64,000 nucleotides of DNA. Source: an uncultured Planctomycetota bacterium. Its GTDB lineage: Bacteria > Planctomycetota > Planctomycetia > Isosphaerales > Isosphaeraceae. Positions 20,473-30,927 of this stretch are shown here, one piece after another. The notes under the pieces are model-generated. The model had not been told where the DNA came from. It ran no database searches and worked only from the letters and a program-made list of their open reading frames with translations. Each line of letters opens with the position of its first letter. The first letter of the stretch is position 1. The position numbers were made by a program, and so were the translations under genes. The DNA is taken from NCBI GenBank assembly GCA_963823665.1, contig CAWGMQ010000011.1:608001-672000 (forward strand), read 5' to 3'.

Positions 20473-23409
20473 ATGATGGCCGGCGATGAGACCGCGGGTG
20501 GCGACGCCCTTCCAGCGCGGGACGTTCATGAAAGCGAGACGGTCGCCGCCGCGCGGGACGCGGATTTCGAGTCGATGAAACGGCCGGAGAATGCGAGTCC
20601 AGCGTCCGCGGGCGTCGCGGACCTTGCTGAGTTCTCACGGTTGCTCGTCGAGATCGGTGTAATCAGCGACCTCGAGCTCAAAACCTTCGCCGCCCTCTCG
20701 TCCGAGGGAGTGCTCGGGTTGTCTCGCTCTCTGGTCAAGGCTGGCAAGCTCACGCCCTATCAGGCGGCCGCGATTTATCAGAAAAAGAGCCGGGGGCTGC
20801 TGGTTGGCAACTATCTGATTCTCGACAAGCTCGGCCAGGGCGGGATGGGCGTGGTTTTCAAGGCGCGGCATCGCCGGCTGGGGCGGATCGGTGCGCTCAA
20901 GATCCTGCCACCGTCGTTTGCACGCGACCGCGATGCCGTCCTGCGGTTTCGCCGCGAGGTCGAGGCGGCAGGCAGGCTCACGCATCCAAACCTCGTGGCC
21001 GCTCAGGATGCCGACGAAGACCGCGGCGTCCATTTCCTGGTCATGGACTACGTCGAGGGGCGCGACCTCGACCGCGTGGTCCGCGATCGCGGGCCCATGG
21101 CGGTCATGCAAGCAATTGATTGTCTGATGCAGGCGGCCCGCGGGCTCGACGCTGCCCACGCACAGGGAATCATCCATCGCGATATCAAGCCCGGCAACCT
21201 CATGCTCGTTCACGACGGCACGGTCCGCGTGCTCGATCTGGGATTGGCCCGGATCGTCGACGCCGCCAACCCGTTCAGCAAATCGGCCGCCGGCCGGCTC
21301 ACCCAGAGCGGCATGTACATGGGGACCGTGGATTTCATGGCGCCGGAGCAAGCCGAAGACTCGCACCGCGTCGACCATCGCGCGGATATCTACAGCCTGG
21401 GTTGCACGTTCTACTACCTGCTCACAGGCAGGGTGCCGTTTTCGGGTGACAATGTCCTCAAGCGGCTGATGGCCCACATGGAGCGCCCCGCCCCCTCGCT
21501 GCGGATTGCCCGGCCCGACGTTCCCCCGCGCTCGACGCGGCGTATCTCAAGATGATGGCCAAGAGCCCGCTTGATCGCCCAGCGTCGATGGCCGAGGTGA
21601 TCTCGCTCCTGGAGGCGTGCACGACGGCGGTCGCTCTGGCGAAGGCGCCGGCGGCCGCACTGCCGGAAACCACGCGCGAGCTGAAGGTCTTCGACGAGAC
21701 GCCCCTCAAGCGGGCCGCCGCACCCAGGACGAAAGTTGAGCCCTCGATCTTCGCGCGCCCCAAGGAAGCGGAGGTCCTGGTCGGGAACGACGAGCTTCGC
21801 CTGGAAGACCTGGTCATGGACGTGCGCCCTGGATCACCTCCGACGCCACAGCCGGCTGCGTCTGGGCGGGCGGGCGGCGGCGTGCAGCCCTTCAAGCGGA
21901 TGTCCTCGACAGGATCACGCGGCCGGCCGAGTCGGCGGGGGCTCGTTTTCCTCGCGCTGGCGGCGCCTGTTGTGCTGGGCACCGTGTTCGTCGGCGTTGC
22001 AATGTTCCGTGGGCCCGCCAGGGAAAACGGCCCCGCGCCGGCGCCAGCCGGCACCCTCGCCGCGAACGAACCGCCTGATCCCGCGGAGACGAGAGCGCCC
22101 GAGGCTTGCGCCTGAGACTGCGGCTCCGCCGCCGCCACCATCAAATCCCCCCGAAGACCTGAAACGCGTCGAAGCCCCTAAAATCTCGCAGCAAGCCACG
22201 GTGCAGAACCTCCGCAATGGCGAGGACGTGAGTCGCTGGATCAGGGACGGCGGTTCTGGCACGGACATGCATGTGGAGAACGGAGAACTCGTCGTCAGTG
22301 GAACGGGAGATTATCGCAAGCTGGGCTGGATCCTGTCCGATCGCAGCTTCTCCGATTTCATTCTGCGGTTCGAGTTTCAGTTATCGCGGGGAGCGAATAG
22401 CGGCGTCGCGCTGCGAGCGAAAGGCGGCGATCGCGTGGGGGGCCTGCGGGTGTATCCTGAGGTTTCTATCATGGACACCGATCAGCGACTCGAGGAGACC
22501 GGAACGTTTGAGTGGTCGAACAGCCTGAAGGCGCAGGACTGGCTGCCCCTTGACCGGCGATCGCACCTCAACCCGGTGGGACAGTGGAACAACATGGAGA
22601 TCGAGCTGCGCGGACAGGCGTTACGAGTGAACATCAATGGGACTGACGTTCTCACGAGGAATTTGCGCGAGCTCGCCGCGCGTCCGCAGGCTTTGCCGGG
22701 CATCAAACGCGATTCGGGCAGCATCGGGTTCCAGGCCCATACCGGCACGGTGCGGTTTCGAAATATCGAGGTCGAGGAACTGATCAGATCGGTCGACGGT
22801 GGCGACACGGTCGCGGGAGGCGGGCGGCAGGAAATCGCGTCACCGTCGTTCTTCGACGGCAAGACTCTCGCAGGCTGGGAGGGATTGAAGGGTTACTGGA
22901 GCGTGCGCGATGGGGCGATTGTGGGCAGGTGCCCGCAGGGAAAGCCGGCACACACGTTTTTGTGCAGCAACCGGGGTTACTCTGATTTCGAGCTGCGATT
23001 CAAAGCCAAACTCATGGACGGGGTCGGGAACAGCGGGGTGCAATTCCGCTCGCGGATCACGGACCACCGCAACTTCCGGGCGGGCGGGCCCCAGTGCGAG
23101 ATCGCCGGGGTGAGTCACCGCTACCCGCCCGGCAGCCTGGTCACGGAGCCGGGTGGTCCGGTGATTGCTGCGCCGCGGGAACGGGTCGCGGAAAGGTACA
23201 AAATCGGCGACTTCAACGAGTTTGTGATCCGGTGCGTGGGCAAGCACGTGACGATTCGGGTCAATGGCATCATCACCGTGGACGCCGACTGGCCGTCAAT
23301 GCTCAGTGAAGGGGTGATCGCCTGGCAGATCCACGGAGCCGACGCACCTCGTGAGGTTGTGTTCAAGGATGTGACACTGGTCGAGGTGGGCCCAGGGCGT
23401 AGGGAATGA
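20473..23409 (+). CDS. Ser/Thr kinase fused to TM and two DUF1080 (3-keto-disaccharide hydrolase-like) domains (frameshifts near 21530 and 22110)
   Basis: LGQGGMGVV, HRDIKPGN, LDLGLAR, GTVDFMAPEQ; DUF1080 motifs FILRFEF...ANSGV, GQWNNMEI, GSIGFQAH, FFDGKTLAGW, GNSGVQFRS, GVIAWQIH. Confidence 0.88.
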
Positions 23410-23637
23410 GCCGGGGACTCGACGTGGTTCAAGGAGTTCCACTCGGTCGTACTCGAGTAATTACGTTCTTCGGAACGAACTGCGCGGCTACACTGTAGAC
23501 ACTCAAGAAGCGGAATTGCGCGGTCAAGCCAGACGAGATTCTGTGGAAACGAGGGAGCTCTGGGCCGCCTGGAGAGTTGGGGTCCGTCATCAGCCCTGTC
23601 AGGAGCGATCTATGATTCCTCCGTCCGAGGGCTCGTC

Positions 23638-23946
23638 ATGAGTGCCTCAAACAAATCGGGCCGCCTGGATCATTTCGATATCACAATTGAAGGCACCGAG
23701 GATTTGGCCATTCAACCGTGGCACGGCCCGTTGCGCCTCCAGAAAACCCCGATCTCGGGCGACGCTGCAAAATCCTCGCGGGAGGCTTTCGACTTTCTCG
23801 TCGTCAGCGACGAGGACTTGACGGTTCGACCGTGGCCTCGAGCGCAGGCGGCACCGGCTCCGACGAATGAAAAAACCGCCCAGGACGTGCGGTGCGAGTC
23901 AGGAGAAGCGGACGGCGTTTCCGAACATTCACGCAAGCCGGGTTGA
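23638..23946 (+). CDS. Hypothetical protein with an internal 16-aa repeat
   Basis: FDITIEGTEDLAIQPW vs FDFLVVSDEDLTVRPW. Confidence 0.5.
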   Translation: MSASNKSGRLDHFDITIEGTEDLAIQPWHGPLRLQKTPISGDAAKSSREAFDFLVVSDEDLTVRPWPRAQAAPAPTNEKTAQDVRCESGEADGVSEHSRKPG

Positions 23947-23985
23947 GTGCTGTCGTGTTGAGCGGTTCGCATCGAGCAGCCGCTT

Positions 23986-24651
23986 ATGCCGGACTGGCAA
24001 CACGAGAGCGGAGGTCACTGCGACGTGGCTGAAGTCGATGTTGAGTTACCTCACTCTCATGACCTGTTTCTGCGATTCTTCGACCCATGGTACGAGGAAG
24101 CAAACCGAAAGCGTCGGGGGTTCGAGTCGACTTTCCCGGATGTGATTCAGCAGGAGTCGTTCATTGGATTGTCGCAAGCGGACGCGAACTGGCTGCCGGA
24201 GACCTGGCAGAAGAAGGTCATGCGCAGCATTGACGGAATGGTCGATGCGGCTCGCGGTGACTGGCGCGAATACCTATCGGTCGCTGACGACATAACCTTG
24301 GAATGGATCGATGCGTTCGACCGCTATTATAATCGCAAACGCATTCACGAGCTCATCGAGCGCTCGGACCCTTCGGATTATGGGAACGACTACCTTGTGA
24401 CTTGCTGCGAATTCGGAGCCGCACTGAGTCACGTCTTTCGTGGCGCGCAGCCCCGTCTCATCTGGCGGCTTGACTGGCCGTACTGGGATTCGACGCTCCT
24501 CGACCCAAAGACGGGAACGTGCGTATCCGTGTTTCACTGGGCGGTCAAGAAATTGAGCGACTATGGGGTCGACGATGGATACGCCGCGAAGACAAAAGCA
24601 TGTTTGCAGTTCTTGGCTGATGAGCGGAAGATTTCTGAGTGGGGAAAATGA
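23986..24651 (+). CDS. Hypothetical protein
   Basis: 221-aa aromatic/acidic globular-looking ORF in an apparent operon. Confidence 0.7.
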   Translation: MPDWQHESGGHCDVAEVDVELPHSHDLFLRFFDPWYEEANRKRRGFESTFPDVIQQESFIGLSQADANWLPETWQKKVMRSIDGMVDAARGDWREYLSVADDITLEWIDAFDRYYNRKRIHELIERSDPSDYGNDYLVTCCEFGAALSHVFRGAQPRLIWRLDWPYWDSTLLDPKTGTCVSVFHWAVKKLSDYGVDDGYAAKTKACLQFLADERKISEWGK

Positions 24652-24664
24652 GTGAGGTTAGTCT

Positions 24665-24904
24665 ATGGCGCTCACCTGTGACCGATGTGGCACTTCTGAT
24701 TTCGCGGTCAAAGGGAAGGCGTTCGAACTCAGCTTCACCTGCGGCGCTTGCCGCACCGTGATGTGCTCGAATTGTGCCGGACGCCGATTGGCTGGCTATG
24801 GCGCAATCGAATTCCTCTGCTGCTATCAGTGCGGGTCATCTGATCTCCGCGAGGCCTCCATTTGGGCTGAGCGGCTGGCGCGCGGTCACGAGAGTGAATC
24901 GTGA
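24665..24904 (+). CDS. Small Cys-rich putative zinc-binding protein
   Basis: GAGG RBS; four CxxC pairs (CDRC, CGAC, CSNC, CYQC). Confidence 0.65.
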   Translation: MALTCDRCGTSDFAVKGKAFELSFTCGACRTVMCSNCAGRRLAGYGAIEFLCCYQCGSSDLREASIWAERLARGHESES

Positions 24905-25010
24905 GGGGAACCCAACACCAACCGTGCAGACCAAGGTGTGCGGTGATTGCTCGCCGGGCCATGCGTGCAGGAAAATGAAGAAGGGAGAAAGAAGAGGACC
25001 GGATGTCTTA

Positions 25011-25210
25011 GCCACGGATGAAACACGGATCGAACACGGATAATACGAGAATACATCAGGTGAGCGGTTGGTTTTGTGGGAGGCTCACGCAAAGGCGCAA
25101 GGGCGCGAACAGAAATGACGAACGTGGAAAGCCTTTCAGCACTGGCGAACGGGGAGTGCATATTGTTGGTCGGACGTTTGAACAGAAGCCAACAAAGGTA
25201 ACGAAGGTGA
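25011..25210. repeat. Cluster of short intergenic repeat motifs
   Basis: CACGGAT x3; CACGCAAAGGCGCAAGGGCGCGAA; AACAGAAGCCAACAAAGGTAACGAAG. Confidence 0.6.
25034..25090 (+). repeat. ~55-bp direct repeat, copy 1
   Basis: ACACGGATAATACGAGAATACATCAGGTGAGCGGTTGGTTTTGTGGGAGGCTCACGC; matches 28051-28104. Confidence 0.85.
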
Positions 25211-25904
25211 AGAGGGAATCGCTCCAGGGGCGGACGTGTTGAGCGCTCGGCGGCTCGCTTGCGGCTTCTCCAATCAACTCCCGCATGAGACGCAGGATAT
25301 CCGCCGCGTGTTTGTTTTCGAGCTTCATTTGGGATTGCAGCAGAATCGCTGCCTTTTCGAAATCACTGGCGTCGCATGCGGCCCACTTTGCGGTCTGGAC
25401 GTCGCATTCCTTCAGTGCCAACTGGTGCAGGTCGATCCACTCTGGGCGGCAGTCCAAACAGGCCCATGACGGTAGCCGTGTTCTTTCCAGAAGTGGCGCC
25501 AGCGCGGGATCACCCTGTTCAATCGCTGCAAAGTAGCGGCGGTTCAGCCCTAGCAAGGTGCGACCCGCGCCTACTTCCTCCACTTGCACGGCGGCGATAC
25601 GGGAGTAACCCCACAGAATGTGGACCAAACTACCGCCTCGGCACTCTGGGCAGAATTCGGGCAAGGGTTGTATTCGCGTCTGTGGCACCCAGACGTTCTT
25701 GCTGTCGAGAGAGACCACCGCAGTCCGAATCCGACGAGCGACTGGCTTCAGTATAACCGTTCCACAATCCAGCATCGTCCCCCGCGCAGTGCGCTCCAAC
25801 CACCGGCGATCCACTAATTCGATCAAGTTGTCACGGACCAGGAAGAGGCTGAGCCGATAGGATCTCGCCAATGAATCCAACAACGTATCGTCTTCCTTCT
25901 TCAC
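25056..25904 (-). CDS. Hypothetical protein with CxxC pairs and UVR-like tail
   Basis: CPECRGGSLVHILWG...WACLDC...DFEKAAIL; the 3' end runs into the repeat cluster, so the true stop may be earlier. Confidence 0.55.
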   Translation of the reverse strand: MKKEDDTLLDSLARSYRLSLFLVRDNLIELVDRRWLERTARGTMLDCGTVILKPVARRIRTAVVSLDSKNVWVPQTRIQPLPEFCPECRGGSLVHILWGYSRIAAVQVEEVGAGRTLLGLNRRYFAAIEQGDPALAPLLERTRLPSWACLDCRPEWIDLHQLALKECDVQTAKWAACDASDFEKAAILLQSQMKLENKHAADILRLMRELIGEAASEPPSAQHVRPWSDSLFTFVTFVGFCSNVRPTICTPRSPVLKGFPRSSFLFAPLRLCVSLPQNQPLT

Positions 25905-26127
25905 CGTGGCGTTTAGGTTTGAAATCGACCTGAACGTCGTCGTCCTTCCACTGCGCGGTCATCTCGAACTCCGAGAGATCACCCAGGTCTCTCCTCGCTT
26001 CTCTGACCGCAAACTTTGCCATCGTGTGGAGCAAAATTCGATCGTGCTTAATCTTGTGCGCGTACAGAGCAGAGGCGACCGCCGCCACGCCCACCACGAT
26101 CATCAGGTGCCGAACTGAAGTATCCAT
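25831..26127 (-). CDS. Small hypothetical membrane-anchored protein
   Basis: MDTSVRHLMIVVGVAAVASA, a typical planctomycete N-terminal anchor. Confidence 0.45.
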   Translation of the reverse strand: MDTSVRHLMIVVGVAAVASALYAHKIKHDRILLHTMAKFAVREARRDLGDLSEFEMTAQWKDDDVQVDFKPKRHGEEGRRYVVGFIGEILSAQPLPGP

Positions 26128-26617
26128 CGAGCGCCCAGATAGGCCCGCAGCCAGGGTAATTCGAGACCTTGAGGCCGCGTCGGGTGTAGTGGTTCCAGAC
26201 GGCGTGGAGCTCCGTTCGGACAGCCTGCACTCCGTCCAGAAACGCAACCACAACTTGGCTGGCCTCATCCACGACCGCTGGCCTCGCTCCCGCAGCCCGA
26301 CAAGAATTCAACAGGATCAATTCCGTCCAACGCTGGCTGACATTACTTTGAGTCAGAGGTAACAGGTGAAGCGGATTCGGTCAACCATTCGACTGAGTGA
26401 CCGCCCATCGGACCCATTCCTCGTTGATCTCGCCAGAGTATTCTGGATTAGCAATCAAAGTCCGCGTGATAGCCCTGTAACGCCAGTCCAATCGCTCGCA
26501 AGTTCGCCTTGCAGCCACTATCTCGCCTGATCTCTGGTTCACACGTTCCAGGTTCCGGCACCGTCACGCGGCCGACGTTTTTCGCATACTATGATTGAGG
26601 CCTTACGGCTCCGGGTG

Positions 26618-27082
26618 TTATGCGGCAGATGCAAGACTGCCGTATTTGAATATGAAGACGCTGAGGCAAAGAATAGCGGCCGCCGCAAAGCACATCCACC
26701 AACAGAAGATTTGCAACTGACGCTCCGGCCTCACTCCCGCCAAGGCTCCAATGAGCCCGGCGATTGCACCCGCGCCGGCGGCGACGGTCATGAAAAGAAG
26801 AGCGCTCCATACCGTGATCACGGTGGATATCACGGTGTCGGAGCTCAATCCGGGCCAGCCGTTTGCCCAATCGGGCTCAAAAGACAAGAACACGCTGAAT
26901 ATGAGCTCGTGGATCAGAAAGAGTCCGGCCACGCCAGCGATCGCGCTCCAGAAGACGGCCATCTTCAGCATTGATTTCCATTGCGGCCGCGGCGTCGCAG
27001 GTTGGAAATAATCTGATACATGCCAGTCCAGATTTCCGGAGTTCATGCGCTTCATACGGATGACTCGATCGAGGTCGAGCAC
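26618..27082 (-). CDS. Hypothetical membrane protein
   Basis: Three long hydrophobic segments. Confidence 0.6.
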   Translation of the reverse strand: MLDLDRVIRMKRMNSGNLDWHVSDYFQPATPRPQWKSMLKMAVFWSAIAGVAGLFLIHELIFSVFLSFEPDWANGWPGLSSDTVISTVITVWSALLFMTVAAGAGAIAGLIGALAGVRPERQLQIFCWWMCFAAAAILCLSVFIFKYGSLASAA

Positions 27083-27267
27083 AGGAAGCGTGGTGCTAAT
27101 TCTGGGGTGCCGAAGAATGTCTTTGCGGCCGATTTCGATTGTAATCTATGGTGTTAGCTTGCAACACAAGGCAACGAATCTAACGTTGCCTGGAGGCAGT
27201 TCCTCATGCACCTGCCGAGCTAGAGCGATGGAAGTTGAGGATTGCCACCGAGCCGGAGTGTCCGGGC

Positions 27268-27942
27268 ATGCGATTTCCCAGTTGTCGATTCACATTACCG
27301 CGGATCTTGGTCAGCATCGCGATCGTGGGCGGGACGGTGGCATTCATCAGGCACATCACGCCGAATTATCTCTATGGCCCGATCACATCGGACCTCAGCA
27401 TGCTCTCGGTCGCCTCACCGCTCTCGCCGGACGGACGCATGGGCACTTACACGGAGTCGGAGTGGGCGGCCCAGATCAAGCAGATGTCGTCCGATGCCGT
27501 GCTCGACACCGCCCTGGCCGATCAGAGGATCGCCCGCCTGTCTCTCTTTCAAGACCTGGCCGATCCCCGGGCTGGACTCTCCGGTATGTTCCAGATCAGC
27601 GTCAGCTTCTCCGTGGCCCAGACGGACTCCCACCCTGCGATCAACGGCGTGTTGCTTCACGTCAATTCCACGACTGAGGTCCAGGACATCGCCGACGCTT
27701 TGGCGGACGCGATCGCAGCGAAAGGGCCTGCGAGTATCACGGTTGTTGACAGACCGACCGGCATCATGACCGCCCACGTAATTAGCCAGATCCCCTGGTA
27801 CCGCGACTGGAGAGTTTACACCATCGCGACCGTCTCGCTGACGACGGTCCTGGTCGTGCTCGTTCTTCCCTCCGGACTGATGCGCTGTCTATCGCCGCGC
27901 TGGTCGGAACCGCCGTCATGTTGGGCGTCGGGCGGATCATGA
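27268..27942 (+). CDS. Hypothetical protein with N- and C-terminal TM
   Basis: MRFPSCRFTLPRILVSIAIV N-terminus; C-terminal hydrophobic helix. Confidence 0.6.
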   Translation: MRFPSCRFTLPRILVSIAIVGGTVAFIRHITPNYLYGPITSDLSMLSVASPLSPDGRMGTYTESEWAAQIKQMSSDAVLDTALADQRIARLSLFQDLADPRAGLSGMFQISVSFSVAQTDSHPAINGVLLHVNSTTEVQDIADALADAIAAKGPASITVVDRPTGIMTAHVISQIPWYRDWRVYTIATVSLTTVLVVLVLPSGLMRCLSPRWSEPPSCWASGGS

Positions 27943-28050
27943 CAGCGAGCGGACCTGCTCCGAACTTGTCGTGGGGCGGGCGATTCTTGCGGTAGGCCTT
28001 CAGTAGATCCCGTAGTCGCATCCGCCCGTCGCGACCGTGCCCTTCAGATC

Positions 28051-28104
28051 ACACGGATAATATGAGAAGACATGAGGTGAGTGGTTGGTTTTTGGGGCTC
28101 ACGC
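28051..28104 (+). repeat. ~55-bp direct repeat, copy 2
   Basis: ACACGGATAATATGAGAAGACATGAGGTGAGTGGTTGGTTTTTGGGGCTCACGC. Confidence 0.85.
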
Positions 28105-28223
28105 GGGGGCCAGAGAACTCCGGTCTGGCGGGACGGCGGCGACCCTTCGGGTGCCCGAGACTCGCGCCGAACGAAGTCGCTCTAGTCAAGAAATTGACTA
28201 GAGCGATTCGCGTGCTGCGCTGG

Positions 28224-29258
28224 TCAGGCTTTGCGGGCTACGTTGAGCCACGTGTGGACGTGGGGCGAGCCTCGGAAATACCAGGAGAAGGCTGGGCCTT
28301 CGAGCTTCCAGATGTCCCAGACGCCATCATTGCCGAGGTCGCCTTCCTTGAAGAAGGTCAGGCGCAGTTTGTCGACGCCGCCGCTGGTTGTGACGCACTC
28401 GCGTACTTCTTCGGCGTCGACGGCGCGGAAGGGCCTCAGCATCATTTCCAGGAGTTGACTCACCATCGCTTTTTGCTGGCTATCGAGGTCAGCCACGGCC
28501 AGGCCGGTGGCCGGGAGCTTGTCGCCTTTCAGCTTTGTGGTTTTCGGTTCGTCGGCTTCCGCTTTCGTGACGAGGGCCCGGGCCTGCTCCTTGTCGTCGA
28601 GTGTGCGGAAGATCTTGTTGGCCTGGTCGCCTTGATACCACCAGACGTTGTTGGTGTGCTTCGAATCCTCGGTGTCGTGGCCGTCGGCTGCGTGGCCATA
28701 GAAAATCGGACCGCCGAACGCGGCTCCCTCAACGCTGTTGCCATCGGCGCGCAGCGTGTCATGACGACCGGAGAGAACCCACTCGAAGGGCTTGTCGGAA
28801 CCAGGCTCACCGAAGACCGCCACGTGGTAGGCCTCGAAGCCACCGGCGTCGTCTTCCATTTGCTTCATGAACCGCTCGTAGCCATCCTCACTGCAGAGAT
28901 TCTTCATGATCTCGGTGCAAATCGACTGCTGCTCCGCCGTCAGATCGCCGATTGACGGCTTGACGATGGCCCAGTTGTTTCCGACCCTCTTGCGCAAGGG
29001 GTCATCGAAGGGGAAAGCGAGGATTTTGCGTTGTTCGGCGGTCAACGTCTTGTAGAAACGGGCAACCGCGGTTTCGGCGGCGGAAGTACGAGTAGGACCA
29101 GCCTGATCGGGCCCAATCAATGTCGCGGATTGACCGATGGTGGGAACGGTCAGGACCGCGGCCCCGGCCGCGATCGATCTGACAAAATCACGCCGCGACA
29201 CGGGTGTGCAGAACGAGCACTCGAGCCCGGACGACTTTCGGACGTTCAGTTGTGTCAT
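28224..29258 (-). CDS. DUF3500 family protein with Tat signal
   Basis: SRRDFVRS Tat motif; YHVAVFGEPG, GRHDTLRADG, GGPIFYGH, LEGPAFSWYFRGSPHVH. Confidence 0.8.
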   Translation of the reverse strand: MTQLNVRKSSGLECSFCTPVSRRDFVRSIAAGAAVLTVPTIGQSATLIGPDQAGPTRTSAAETAVARFYKTLTAEQRKILAFPFDDPLRKRVGNNWAIVKPSIGDLTAEQQSICTEIMKNLCSEDGYERFMKQMEDDAGGFEAYHVAVFGEPGSDKPFEWVLSGRHDTLRADGNSVEGAAFGGPIFYGHAADGHDTEDSKHTNNVWWYQGDQANKIFRTLDDKEQARALVTKAEADEPKTTKLKGDKLPATGLAVADLDSQQKAMVSQLLEMMLRPFRAVDAEEVRECVTTSGGVDKLRLTFFKEGDLGNDGVWDIWKLEGPAFSWYFRGSPHVHTWLNVARKA

Positions 29259-29520
29259 CGAAGCGAAACTCCTGGACCAGTGTGTTGTTCAGTCACGGCA
29301 CGGTTGCTGTCGACGACCGAGAAAAGGCGAGTCATTTCATTTCGCAAAGGATCGGGGAAAATCACGATACCTTTCTGCGACCCTTGTGTTAGGCTAAACC
29401 CATCAGGGGCTGGAAGTCAACGGGCGGGCTCCGATCTATATCGGTACTATTCATGCTGATAGGTTGAAGCTGTGAATAGTTATGCCCTGCCCCGTCACAC
29501 TGAATGTCAGGCGCGGTGAG

Positions 29521-30183
29521 ATGGTGTCGACGTACTTGATTCGCTATGGGCTGATGGGACACGTCGGACAATTCCGCGCCGCCGCCCCACCGGGCGTGGC
29601 TTTTCATCGCGGTCAGACGGTTGTGATCCGCTCAAGTCGTGGCGAGGAATTTGGCGAAGTTTTGACTGCGTGCGACGATCGCGATCTGACTGATTTTGTG
29701 GGTGACGTGGCGCCACCGGAAAAGGACAACCATCCGAGCGTGTACCGGGCGGCGAACTCGGAGGATCTTGTGCGGGCGCACGAGGCGAACGCGTCGCGGC
29801 TCTTGCGCTTCTCGATGTGCGAGCGCATCCTCAAGGAGGCGGGGCGAGATTGGGAGCTTCTCGACATCGAGCCGCTTCTGGATGGTGGCACCATCGTGCT
29901 TCACTATCTCGGGCCGCATGAGCTCGATGCCGCGAGTCTGCGTGCTCGTTTTCGCGTTGCGTGCGACGTGGATGTCGTGCTCGAGCCTGTTGGCATGGGC
30001 GGCGAGCACAATTCGGCTGGCGGAGAGCATGGGCAGCATGAATGCGGGCGGTGTGGTGTGCCGTCGGCGGGGCACAGCGGAAGCGAGTCCTCGGGTGGAG
30101 GTTGCGGCTCATGTGGCTCCACGGCGGCGGCCGGCTGCGCGTCGTGTGCGCTGAGCGAGCACATTGCGAGTCGGCGGCGGTGA
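29521..30183 (+). CDS. PSP1 (RicT/YaaT-like) C-terminal domain protein
   Basis: YLIRYGLMGHVG, VVIRSSRGEEFGEVL, LLDIEPLLDG..VLHYLG; Cys/Gly-rich tail. Confidence 0.75.
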   Translation: MVSTYLIRYGLMGHVGQFRAAAPPGVAFHRGQTVVIRSSRGEEFGEVLTACDDRDLTDFVGDVAPPEKDNHPSVYRAANSEDLVRAHEANASRLLRFSMCERILKEAGRDWELLDIEPLLDGGTIVLHYLGPHELDAASLRARFRVACDVDVVLEPVGMGGEHNSAGGEHGQHECGRCGVPSAGHSGSESSGGGCGSCGSTAAAGCASCALSEHIASRRR

Positions 30184-30632
30184 GTGTCGGGTGGCGCGGT
30201 CGGCAGCCTTTTCACATTCACCCAGGATACGTCTGGCTTCAGGGGATTCGAAGAACACACGCAGAAATGCGTCCATCGCCCTTTGCTGTATTTGCGCTCC
30301 TGTCTCCCAACGTGAGAGGGTCGCTTCCGCGATTTGCAGACGAGCAGCGAGTTCCTTTTGTGTGAGGCGTAGCCCTTCTCGGCGTGTGCGGATTTCTTCA
30401 GGCGAGAGCAATCCAACCTCGCTGCGCAAGGCCTCGCTTAGCCGGCGATTCGCCGCATCGTCGAACACCATCCCCCGCCCGCACTGCTCGCAGAGGGCTA
30501 CCTGAAAGTCGGGAATCGAGATGCGATACTTTTTCCCATCGTGATCCAATTCAGCATCGTATCTCGGGATGATTTTGGGCGCACCGCGCGCTCATGGCAA
30601 TCGCCGCATTTCCAGGGAAAAGGCTTCATCAT
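30109..30632 (-). CDS. MqsA-family antitoxin (Zn ribbon + Xre HTH; frameshift near 30570)
   Basis: MKPFPWKCGDC...CEQCG; LLSPEEIRTRREGLRLTQKELAARLQIAEATLSRWETGAQIQQRAMD. Confidence 0.82.
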
Positions 30633-30728
30633 CGCCTTCCATTCAACGTATCCGGTGACGAACGGCCTAGCCGAACTAGCCAGAGCGAACGTTTTCTTGA
30701 CAAGGGCTTGTTCGTGGTCATCGTCCAC
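30633..30728 (-). pseudogene. ~32-codon remnant of the cognate toxin, fused in frame to the antitoxin
   Basis: GTG DDDHEQALVKKTFALASSARPFVTGYVEWKA runs straight into MMKPFPW. Confidence 0.4.
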
Positions 30729-30762
30729 GGATTCGGTACCATCTCTTACCATAATGCGTGCA

Positions 30763-30780
30763 ACTTGACGTAAGTCAAGT
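30763..30780. promoter_or_regulatory. Inverted-repeat operator overlapping a probable -35 of the mqsA-like operon
   Basis: ACTTGAC-GTAA-GTCAAGT; TTGACT on the minus strand. Confidence 0.6.
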
Positions 30781-30927
30781 GGAACCGTTTGGGCGTATAT
30801 GGCTGGCATTTTTTATTGACAAATACAGTGTAAGTACCTGGCTGAGATCCGGCAATTGCCGACCGCAGACCCTGGCATCGGTTGCACGACTACGTCATCA
30901 TGGAATGGGAAAACATGAGAGACCGTC

